Shown here: one piece after another, positions 22,454 to 33,119 of the stretch
Layout of the letters: every line of letters begins with the position of its first letter
Numbering within the stretch: the stretch's first letter is position 1
Assembly: GCF_001194135.2 (NCBI RefSeq)
Contig: NC_068986.1
Coordinates: forward strand, 45,557,665 to 45,596,765
Source: Octopus bimaculoides
Taxonomy: Eukaryota
Length of the DNA stretch: 39,101 nucleotides
Reading direction: 5' to 3'
Translations under genes and position numbers: made by a program
Notes under the pieces: generated by a model
Database searches by the model: none
The model's input: the letters and a program-made list of their open reading frames with translations, nothing else
What the model was told of the DNA's origin: nothing

Positions 22454-22790
22454 GCTGATATCTCCTTCGGTCATGACTGACCATGGGATTGCACCTAGGA
22501 AGTTACCTTCCCAGGCACAAGTCTGGGCAAGGTTGTTTATGGAAGACCATCAGTTGCCCATGCATACCAACCTCCCCTCTTCACGCCACCTGTGTTATCC
22601 AAGGGAAAGACAAAGGCCAATACAGCTTGGCACCTGTGACGTCGCAACTCATTTCTACAGCTGAGTGAACTGGAGCAACGTGAAATAAAGAGTCTTGCTC
22701 AAGAACACAACACGCAGCCCGGTCCGGGATTCGAACTCACAACTTCGCGATCATAAGCTCGACGCCCTAACCACTGAGCCATGCACCTTC
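22454..22790 (-). mobile_element. tRNA-derived CORE-type SINE (family 3), full length
   Basis: tRNA-like head (reverse complement GCATGGCTCAGTGGTTAGGG...GTTCGAATCCC), MIR/CORE-like ACAGCTGAGTGAACTGGAGCAACGTGAAATAAAG.GTCTTGCTCAAG, 10-bp TSD ACTACAATAT at 22444 and 22791. Confidence 0.88.
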
Positions 22791-24174
22791 ACTACAATAT
22801 ACTACTAAGTATATTATAGGTTTATTAGGTCACTGCTATATACTGCCATGTGTCAACAGTGCTATAACTTCATTATAAAGCTATCGCTATAAATTTTTTT
22901 ATAGGGCTTAGAGCCAGCACTGCAAGTTACGACGTTTCGTAAGCAAATACAACTATGTAAACAATGCTATCGAAGATAAAAAGAATAGGTAATTGGTGTT
23001 TGTGAATATTTCAAGAATTATTGTCATTTCATTATCCCCCTATCAACTATCTCCGATCACATTGCTTAAATACCCATTAAGTTCAGCAACGCAGCGTTGT
23101 TTGGCAGTATAATTGGACAACTCAATTTGCATATTAAACACGATCCTGGCAATTGGTACGAATATTTAATTGCTGGAAAGGCAACAGCACTTCCTTATGC
23201 TATCACAATATTAAATTTAGTACATTATTGGCTTATTAAGTCAATACTATATCCTAGCATTTGTAAAATGGTGTCCTAGCTTCAATACACGGTTATGAAT
23301 AAATTTATAGAAATGAATGTACTTGCATTAATTGAGATGAGTGTACTTGCATGACTTGTCACTGGCTGTTCCTACCCCTATCTAGAAAAATGTTGGTCGA
23401 ACTAATTTATGGAGAAAAGAGGCTCTAGAACACATACAGAAATTGTCGCTTAAAATATGTTACGTGAAACGTGCTTGGACTTTCAATCTAATTGCCGTGC
23501 TACATTTGGATCTAATCTTTCTCATTCGCAGAATGAGTCCCACTTAATTTTACTCAGATTGCTTTCAATTTAGGTGTATTGATGTAACTCTGAATATTGA
23601 TCACGACCAACCAATTACTTTATCTTGTAAACTAAAGAATCTGATGTTATTTGAAATCAAAGTTGGAAAATTTGGGTAATTTTAGCCAATCAACAGACAG
23701 CGTCACATTAGCAGCTTGTTACCGCACGCTGTGTTGTGGTTCACCATTGTCTGTGCCGCTGTTGTCTATGTTGATTTTTCACACAAAAGTATATTTTCAC
23801 ATATTTTTCATTTCATATATTTTTGGGACTCATTGACTCAGATAGCTGGATTTATGATTTCTCTAGGTTAATTTTATTCATAAAAATTTAAATTAGGAGT
23901 ATTTCTTAAACCATTAGCTTCACATTTCAATAGCTTAACTGAAATTTAGCTCACGTAGCAGGAACTGAGAGGATATCGTGGAACAGAGAAACTGTGGTTG
24001 ATACAGATAATATGATATTATTTTTGAATTCTGCATGCAAAAACATATAAGATACAGGTCTTCTTTTCCTTGGGACAAACTCTTTGTTGACCAGTGTTAT
24101 TCTTATCGTAGTTTACAAATCCAAGCATGAAAAGTTACTCAGCTTTGGAGTTTTGGAGACCGATGCCACCTTTT

Positions 24175-24176
<2 letters not shown>

Positions 24177-24207
<31 letters not shown>
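24177..24207. repeat. (CA)n microsatellite
   Basis: Read directly. Confidence 0.95.
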
Positions 24208-24430
24208 TTATATATTAATGATGTACATAAATACATCTCAGGTATACATAATACTGAAGTACGCAGACAAATGTATTAATATAACAAATTTTTAAAAAAT
24301 GATAAAAACATGCAATCAATAAAGAAACAAAAGAAACAGTAAGATGATACATGTTGATTTTATTAGGTATTTCTGTTTATTTAGAAACCTACAATGAACA
24401 GGTTAGATGCTAAACTATAGATTTCACAGC

Positions 24431-24790
24431 GTACAACCTTAAATTTGACACCGCTCCGCTAAACGCAGAGAATTTCTGTCTCGCTATTGGCTAAAAATAC
24501 CCACTTTTTTTTTTCGATTTTTAAACCTCTGTAACTTTTTTCTTCAAATCTTTTATTCCACAACATCATACCTTCAAAGCAATGAAACTGGAAGGCTACA
24601 TTATCATAGCCGATTTTCAGATCTTTTTAGTTCTTTTTTAAAAAATGCATATTTTACGAATGAAAAACACTAGATCCCTACATCTAACTAATCACCACAG
24701 GGCTCATAACAGACCAAATCAAATGTGATGGATATTTTAGCCAATCGCAAGAAATTAGAGTGGTGAACCCAACATTTAATGATCGCTACA
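24431..24790. mobile_element. Degenerate MITE-like element
   Basis: GAATTTCTGTCTCGCTATTGGCTAAAAATACCCA (24470) is an imperfect inverted match to TGGATATTTTAGCCAATCGCAAGAAATT (24728). Confidence 0.4.
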
Positions 24791-25159
24791 TATACAAACA
24801 TAACCAAATGGTTTTTTCGACGCAACAACACATCTACATACGTACAACGTGTACTACTATCTTTGCTTATTTAATCAAATCTGAGTTATCACAAATCGCT
24901 ATTCGGCCATCTCTTTCTTAGTGTTCAAGTGTAGACGAATATGATAGGTTTCAGTAGCCTTTCAGTCGACGAAATTAGAAAATAAGGTAAAAGACAAAAA
25001 CCAAGATAGATATGGTGGGAAACAAACGTTTGAAAGCCATAGCTATAGCTATTTCTACGAAAATAATCTAAGGGACAGAACTCTTAATATATGTTTACTA
25101 TACATTTATTTCCCTTGGACAATATTTGTGAATTTATATACGCATATGTCTGTGAGTGT

Positions 25160-25160
25160 A

Positions 25161-25242
<82 letters not shown>

Positions 25243-25270
25243 GCTAGCTATCTGTCTGTCTGTCTGTCTG
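25160..25270. repeat. (TATC)n(TGTC)n tetranucleotide microsatellite
   Basis: Read directly. Confidence 0.97.
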
Positions 25271-25282
25271 TGCTTTTTCTCT

Positions 25283-25619
25283 TTTTACAGTCATTGGAAT
25301 GCAGCCATGGTACTCATTCTATTGGGGTTTTCGTTGGACCGCTGAGTTATGGAGACAAATAGACCAGCACCACTTGTCAAGCAATGATGGGGACAAACTC
25401 ATTCATACACGCACACATGCATGCACACACACACACACACACGCACGCATGCACGCACACACGGCGAGCCTCTGCCCGTTTCCTTCTATCGAATCCAATC
25501 ACAGGGCTTTGGTCGAACCCAAGTTAGTGTGGAAGACACTTACACAAGGTGCTATGTATAAGGACTGAGCCAGGAACCATGTTGTTGGGAAGCAAACTTC
25601 TTACCTCACAGCCACGCCT
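25283..25619 (-). mobile_element. CORE-type SINE with internal CA repeat (family 4)
   Basis: GAAGACACTTACACAAGGTG (CORE-like), GGCTTTGGTCGAACCC and an internal (CA)n; degenerate tRNA-like head near 25560-25619. Confidence 0.7.
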
Positions 25620-27201
25620 ATTCGAATTATGTAATAGAAGTAGCTGTAGATTAATATCTTTATGTCTACGATATATTTAACATGTGAGTATCGTTGAAAA
25701 GTCAGGCATTGTAATGAGGGATGTAGCGTGTGTTTATTAACATATGTCTATAAAGAGATCTCTCTCAAGACAACTACCGCTTTCCCTTTTCATTAGATAC
25801 AAGACTGGGTTCAAATTTAATTTTCTACTTTCGGTTTTACATATTTTCTTATTAAACTTTTTACAGCTAGTTTGGAACAATAAAGTCCCCAAATGCGTAT
25901 TTGGGCAATTCAGATCTTCACAGTGTTATTTTCAAGAATTGAAATAGTTTTGATATCTTCATTGTTTTTCCTATACTGATTAAATTCATGTTGACTTTTC
26001 AGCGAATGGCTATTTTAATCGTTGTATTGAACAGGTTGCCAGCCGATGACTATTCCCAGGTGCGATTCCACTACTGCTTGACACGGGGTCTTTTACCTGC
26101 TGAACTCGCGCCCTAGGCCGAATCGACCCTCCTAAGACAATCTGGTCCTCCTGAATTGTTCACTCCCTTTAAGGGAAAATTTTCCCTCCCTTCTATTCTT
26201 AGCAAACGCTCTTTCTCTCCGTCTTTTACCCTGAAAGTAACCGTAGGTAGCAGCACCAACCATAGCCAATCAAGTTTCCCGCGTTATTTTGATCATTAGG
26301 CTTCTAAGTCAGCAATCAGGTGATAGTTTGTTTTGTTCTGATCAAATTTTTGACCATTAGCTTCTCATTCTATTAGCAGCCACAGATTAATTTTTTTTTT
26401 GATGCTTGTGTTGCTTACGTGTTAATTTGGGCATTGTATTGTGATATGAGTATGATTTTCATATTTAATCTTCTATTTTTATGAGGAAATATGACAAAAT
26501 GCATATCTCACCCGGGTACATTGCTCTCCTTTCTGTCCTGAATCTCAATTTTGAATGAATGTATGGAAGCAGTATAGAGTAGTGAGAACTACTTAGTTTT
26601 GTGGAATACAAACTAACATAACGATTGTTGTACCACAATAAAACACACGTGGTACACTCTGCAAAATGGCTGGCTAATGAGTTGAGTCAAGAAGACTCTT
26701 TAGTATGGTTGAAGGCATGGAAATCTTTTTCCTGCTGGTGATTAGTTATAACAAAGACTTTTGTATAATGAAGGCTATATTTTGATCATTATCAAACGTT
26801 TGACAAGATTCATATATTCAACTAGAACGGTATCTATCTTTCCAGATTGCTTTATATTTTCAATTGCAAATTTACTTTCATTGCTAGAAAACATTTATTC
26901 ATAATAGTTTTTTAGAAACGTTGAAAGAAAAATCGAAAATAATCGCTCGGAACTCAGAACTCAGTCCATTCTCTGAGGTTTTGAGTAAATATGACAAATT
27001 GTGCGTTTATGTTTCCAGAGGAAAAGAAGTGTAACTGTATTGGCAACAAAAGGATGGAAGAAAACCGAGGACACCAAAAGTATTAAAATTTGAACATTGT
27101 AAGATGTTTGATGTTGTTATGCTGGTTTTATATTTCTCTTTCATCAGATGGAGTATATAGCGACTGCAGAGAACCATTGTATAAGTTGATAATGAAAGCA
27201 G

Positions 27202-27593
27202 CTGTTGTTTTTGTTGTTGGCACTCCGTTGCTTACGACGTCGAGGTTTCCAGTTGATCCGATCAACGGAACAGCCTGCTCGTGAAATTAACGTGCAAGTG
27301 GCTGGGCACTCCACAGACACGTGTACCCTTAACGTAGTTCTCGGGGATATTCAGCGTGACACAGTATGACAGTATGACCCTTTGAATTACAGGCACAACA
27401 GAAACAGGAAGTAAGAGCGAGAGAAAGTTGTGGTGAAAGAGTACAGCAGAGTTCACTACCATCCCCTGCCGGAGCCTCGTGGAGCTTTAGGTGTTTTCGC
27501 TCAATAAACACTCACAACGCCCGGTCTGGGAATCGAAACCGCGATCCTATGACCGCGAGTCCGCTGCCCTAACCACTGAGCCATTGCGCCTCC
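27202..27593 (-). mobile_element. tRNA-derived SINE (family 1), full length
   Basis: Reverse complement about 93% identical by eye to 3697-4077; 11-bp TSD AATGAAAGCAG at 27191-27201 and 27596-27606; (CAA)-type tail. Confidence 0.92.
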
Positions 27594-28389
27594 ACAATGA
27601 AAGCAGTAATAAGCAACTTAATAACAAACACTAAGAGCATCTTTTCTGATTAACCAATGAAGGCTAGTTATTAAAAAAAAGGAGCACACTTATGTGTAAG
27701 TACATATATATTTGTGTGTAAGTACAAACTCAATTACATACTTGCACAAACTTGATAGTTGCAGACTATCAAAAAGCCCTAATAGGCAACATTTAACTGC
27801 AGGTCTAAATAAAGGTATGAGTCCATGTATTTATTTAATGTCAATATAGTTTAGTAAGAGATAAAGACAAGCTCCAGTAAACTGACTTGCTTTAGGTACA
27901 CTAATGAAGGAAATCTTAGTGAAAACAAGTAGTACCATGTATGAAGGTTTATACGTGTTAAGAGCAAAGTTTTAATGAAATAGGATTGCAAAGTGGTAAA
28001 TTTGGGAATTCAGGTAACTATTTTCATTGAGAAGAGATTAAGAAAGTAATATTGACTAAAGAGAATGGAAATAGTAGAACAGTAATAAGTAAATTTTGAT
28101 TAGGACTGAGAGAGCTGACTGTAGGCTATAACAACGCATATTTAACCTTTTTCAACAATCTCTTTACTGTAGTGTATATGTGTGTGTAACAGAATATAGA
28201 TATGCACGTATTGATTCTTAACTGTCATTCAGACCATAAACTCTATTTTATCTCTAAGAAGCAATTATAAAAAGGATATTATAATCATAAATTTCCATAC
28301 AAACATGCTAACCAAAAGTTAATCAGTACCAAGAAATTAGAGATGTTTTGCGCCAATAAAACTTAAACAAACAGTATAATACACTAGCA

Positions 28390-28560
28390 TGGCAATGTCG
28401 TTAAGAAGGTCACTTCTTAATCATGTGTTTTATCCAAATGTATAGCACATGGGGAAAGTAAGTGTCTTCTACAACGGCTCTGGGCTGAGCAAAGAATTAT
28501 AAGCGGATTTGGCAGAGGGTGACTGAAAGAAGTTTCATATAAATAAATAAATAAATAAAT
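28390..28560 (+). mobile_element. Degenerate family 4 SINE ending in (TAAA)n
   Basis: GTAAGTGTCTTCTAC...GGATTTGGCAGAGGGTGACTGAAAGAAG is the reverse-complement homolog of 25465-25545. Confidence 0.55.
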
Positions 28561-29280
28561 ATGAATTCTGTACATAATTTTTCTTGTAATTTCGGAATTT
28601 CAAATTTAAATATCCAATGATTATCTCCCTTATAATATCTACAGGATGACACGCATTTGAAAGACCCTGACTGTGAGTTCAAAAGTAATCCATTGAAATT
28701 GTTGACAATGCTCAAAAAGTTACGTTTACAGAGAGATCCCACTTCCACTACATAACAGGGGATTACTACTATGAAATAGCATCTTGAGATCAATCTCAAA
28801 AAATATATCAAAATTTGCTTGTCAGTTTAGTTTGTAGTTTTAAGATACCTTCACAAGATAGAATTCCCTAAAATCAGTTACCCGATGTCTAGACACAAAG
28901 AACTATCTTTCTTTTCTTTTGATTGCTAAATTGCTAAAGCTCTGTGAAGAAAAGAGAAAAAAATGTTTCATGAATTTCTTTCAGACTGTAATTATTTTCC
29001 AACTATAGGAAATGCCTCGCTTCATAAAATGTTGAATTAATATATTCCAGGTTACGTCATACTGACAACTTCTGAAAAGGATGAATCAGTGCTATACATG
29101 ATTACCAGAGAATAAAAATCTAAAATACTTCATTAGAAGTAAGCCACAATTACAACAACAATGATTAGATATATTGATTCTGTTTATCTTTTTCTTCATA
29201 ATACATGAATTTGAAATTCAAATTTCTAATCCCGCCAAATATTATGCAGAAATGATTATTTCTTTTGTAATAACGGTCCG

Positions 29281-29430
29281 TTAGGAAAAGACCAGGGCAA
29301 AAAATGGGCCCTCACGTTGTGTGTCATAACTGTAAGGAAATGCTTTGTGAGTGGACAACACGAGTGACTTTTGTTTTTGTGTGGGCAACACAATAGGCAT
29401 CAGCAAGAAAAATGGGCATAAAATGTTTAT
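29281..29430 (+). pseudogene. Second Chapaev3-like transposase N-terminal fragment
   Basis: LGKDQGKKWA(fs)PHVVCHNCKEMLCEWT then TSDFCFCVGNTIGISKKN; homologous to EDQDKTWASHKV...NVKGFNTK of the main element. Confidence 0.65.
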
Positions 29431-29483
29431 GGAGCTGTCCCAGTTGGTCACTCAGTACGTTTGCAAGATGAATATAATGACAA

Positions 29484-31765
29484 CACATGTCAACATATAT
29501 TTTCTGACGCAAGTTTTATAAATGGTTTTTCGCTAATTTTGTGGTACTGAATCCAAACATGGCATCAAATTTTGTCTATCACATCAGATTTATGAGACAT
29601 AAAAATCTTGTAGTTTTGCTAGTAGTAGCTGTTTAATACTCATAAAAGAAGAATTTAACATACATAGATGCAATTTTTAATAAAAAATGTTTTTTTAATC
29701 TAATAAATCAAAACACAAAGTTGTAGGTGTAAATGCATATTAGCATGTAAGCATTAAGCTTAGTGATAACAAACTATGAATATAAAAAATTTATTTATTG
29801 TGGCCATTCATTCGGATCATGCTATTACGACAAGAACTTCGTCTTTTTTAACGATCTCTTGTGCACAACTTCTGGAATGTCTCTCATCAAGCTCCAGAAG
29901 TAATCTGCCATAATGTTTGAGTGGCCTTAGTAGCGTTCTTACATTACTTCTACGTCTTGCTGAAAGCGTTGGCCTTGTTCTCTGAAAACTCACCCAGGTT
30001 CTCTGAAAACTCACCCAAGTGATTGTGTAAGTAGTGCAATTTAATGCTCATTCTATATCCACGTACTTGCAAACTTAAGAGCAGCTCTTCCACAATCTTT
30101 TGATAGTTGTCAGCTTTCCTGTTCCCAAGAAAATTCCCTACCATAGCAGAAAGGGTATTCCAAGCCCTAGCCTCTGCCGCACTCATTCCTGTAACAAAAT
30201 GTGGATCCCTGAAGAGTGTTCTTATTTCAGGTCCATCAAATGTTCCTGCATTTTTCTTCTCGTTACTGAGATTTGGAAAGGCTGTACATACATATATATG
30301 TGAAGCAGACTCCACTGTAATTAAGAACTTTGATGAATTGCTTCATCGCACCAAGTTTTATGTGCAGAGGGTCATTAATGACGTTCTTGTCACCCGGCAT
30401 AAAACTATTTCTTGTGGGCCGTCCTTTGTTTCACCCAGTAATCTTTTGTAGCCCTACTGTCTCAGTAATACAGGAAACGAGGGTACTTAGTATTATCACC
30501 TTGCTGGCCAAGTAGAATGTTTATCATTTTCAAATGGACAAAAATTACTCACCAATGAACATGATATTGTAACTCCTCCAGAACAATCTTGACGTTGGCA
30601 TATTCCTTTTTCATTTTTATAGTGTTCTATTGAGATTGAGATATACAAACTCCTGTTGTGAAACAAAACACGTTTCCAGCTGCTTTTAGAGCTGTCAATA
30701 AAATGTTCTCACTCACGTGAATCATATGCCGACAGTCCCATTTTGGGAAGAAGCACTTCAATATCATTACAATAAACAAGCTGACGTTCTGAATGGAAGT
30801 ACTTTCAACTTTCACAGTTTTGCTTCTTTGTTGCTATAAAAGGAGACACAAATGCCAGGTTTCAGCACTTTTTTCTTTTGCAGCATGAAAACCAACAATT
30901 GCGCAGACTGCTTTGGCAAATAAAAATCCCTGACCAGATCATTCAATTCAGGCTGAATAAACAGAGAAAAATTATCACAGCCTGTATCTTATGGCATAAA
31001 CTGCACATCTTCAGCAGAAGTAGGTGAATCGAGGGCTCCATCATCAATCTGTGGCAACTCAATAAATACAGGCACAGGTATTTCCTTGGAGTGTGCAACC
31101 GGTCCACGGGCATATTGGATATCAGGGTATTGCAAGTGTCGTTTAGTTTTCGTATTAAACCCTTTTACATTAGCGGTTATCCACGTGGTTTTTTGGTTCT
31201 CTCCGAACCACTGGTACACCAAACTTGAGCTTCGCATTCTTTCCTTCAGATCATGCTCACAAAGTTTCAACATAGGTCTTGAAAACTTTGTGTGAAGCCC
31301 AGGTTTTGTCCTGGTCTTCAAGTGCTACTTTAAAGTATGCAAGGTGCATCTTAACAAAGTTGTTTATGCTGTGTCTTTGAGCCTGTAGAGTGAAGTTTTC
31401 TCAGATGTAACAGAAAATATCGGGGTCATTACAGCACTTCCTTCTTTTTGATGTTGTATTCATTACTATACTACAGTGGTTCAGTTCACACTTGAAAAGA
31501 AGAGGAAGGATTTTAAAGCATAACTCGGCAACCCAGCTTGGACATATTATTCAAAATTAGCATGACAATCCAGTTAAGATTCCTGCAAACGGTAAAGTTA
31601 ACTTATAGTGTGATCCAGGTAAATAAAGGTATGTACCGATGGCACAAAAATGGGATGTGATAGGACAAATCTGAGGTCAATTTTGGAAGTAGCACCTAAA
31701 AATTTGTCTTAAACAGCTTCAAGATTTTATGCCAGAGAATGAATTCTTTATTTTGTTGACTAGTG
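29484..31765 (-). mobile_element. Chapaev3-like (CMC superfamily) DNA transposon with decayed transposase (31463 to 29825)
   Basis: Termini CACATGTCAAC...AATTTTGTGGTACTG...CTATCACATC and reverse-complement CACTAGTCAAC...AAATTTTTAGGTGCTAC...CTATCACATC. Peptides MNTTSKRRKCCNDPDIFCYI, REPKNH, YPD..A..PVAHS.EIPVP, YCNDI, FIDSS, LLGQQG..KYP, HIKLG.MKQF, AG.FDGPEIR, NFLGN.KA.NY, MSIKLHYLHNHL, EQGQRFQQD, MADYFW. Many stops and frameshifts. Superfamily name is from motif recall. Confidence 0.82.
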
Positions 31766-31871
31766 TCATTTTTTGAATGTCAGTGTAGGTTAGGTGTGCG
31801 AGTCTAGATATGGACAGTTTGAATATAAAATATGTAGAAACATGGGGCTGGATATGGCCGGTTTAAATGCT

Positions 31872-32099
31872 TGTTGTGGAAGGATTTAGACTACCCTCAC
31901 AAGTGACTAAAGGGCTGGACTGCTTCATTGTTATAAAACAAAGAGTTGTGAGCGATTGGCTGTCCGGACCAGTAAGTAATTCACTGCGAGCCGTGATTGA
32001 GAGCGTTGAGTCTCGTGTAATAGTAGTTCGTCGTGCATATACTTCTTTCCCCCACCCCTGTTTCATTATATTATGTATCCAACATACAAAGATATAAAA
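31872..32099 (+). repeat. 5' LTR of Gypsy element
   Basis: Starts TGTTGTGG and ends ...GATATAAAA immediately before the PBS; the 3' LTR is not visible (gap). Confidence 0.6.
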
Positions 32100-32100
32100 G

Positions 32101-32110
32101 TGGCGACGAG
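32101..32110 (+). promoter_or_regulatory. Primer binding site TGGCGACGAG (complementary to the 3' end of tRNA-Ser(GCT) type)
   Basis: Lies between the LTR and gag; the tRNA assignment is from recalled tRNA 3' sequences. Confidence 0.75.
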
Positions 32111-32212
32111 TTGTTCGAAGCTTGCGTTGGACATTAAAGTTTTTTTTTGTTTGATACGAAACCGAAGAAAAAATTATTTAACAAGGATAACTCATTGGCC
32201 TCCGTGATGTAG

Positions 32213-33010
32213 TTGCAACAGCGACAACAGCAACAGCAACAGCAACAGCAACTACAGCAACAGAAGCAGCAGCAACAACAACAAAACCAACAGTTGCTGG
32301 AAATAACGTTGAAAGAGATAGCGAAGCAAATTCAATTGAAGACTTCAGCTATAATCCAGAATATGGGATTACTTCTTCTGCATATTGTCGTAGATACGAA
32401 GAAATCTTCAGAGAAGAGTGTAAAAGTTGGTCCGACGAAAAAAAATTACGACTACTTTTTAAGAAAGTTATCCCCGGTAGAAAACGAATAATATAGTAGT
32501 TATATTCTGCCGAAGAAGCCAGGTGAGATTTGTTTCGATGAAACAATATTTTACGGAGGGGAACATTGCAATTAATATTTCATTGAAAATTTTCAATGAA
32601 AGAAGTTCCCTGTTCAATACTCACTGGCAATGTTTAAGTTTGGTCATCTATGCCGAAGTGGTTTACAGAGAGTGTAAGGAATTCAAATTGAATGAATTGA
32701 CCTCTGACATGTTCAAGTGTTTAATTTTTGTTGAAGTGTTTACTGCAAACAAAGATGCAGATATACGTTCGCGGATATTAACAAATTTAGAACAGGACCA
32801 AAATTTAACTACGCAGGCAGTAGCAGAAGAATGTCAGTGGATTATTAATCTACAATATGACGCAAATAAAATTGAAGAGAAAGATTGCTCTCAGGTTCAA
32901 GAATGTCGACCGGTAACGAATAATAGACAAGAGCGAATCCATGTTATGGGTGTGATGGACTACATCTTAAAAATAACTGTCCATTTAGAAATATAAAATG
33001 CTTCAAGTGT
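32213..33010 (+). pseudogene. gag: Gypsy gag (polyQ N-terminus, two CCHC knuckles), frameshifted
   Basis: QQ-rich start; FSYNPEYG...YEEIFREEC..W.DEKK.RLL; FKCLIF...DADIRSRIL; CYGCDGLHLKNNCPFRNIKCFKCG across shifted frames. Confidence 0.8.
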
Positions 33011-33119
33011 GGTTAAATAGACAAGAAAAACTCGCACTGTAGGACAAAGCCTAAAAAACGGCTCAGAAGAAAAAAATCACGTAAATGGGGTATCAATGAC
33101 AAAAACTACGAACGATCCT

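Noticed and set aside
23532-24130. Possible terminal exons (23532 giving CSE*; 23651 ORF with a hydrophobic end; 24058 GLLFLGTNSLLTSVILIVVYK, TM-like)
   Set aside because: Cannot be discriminated without transcripts: wrong phase, weak acceptor or trivial coding content.
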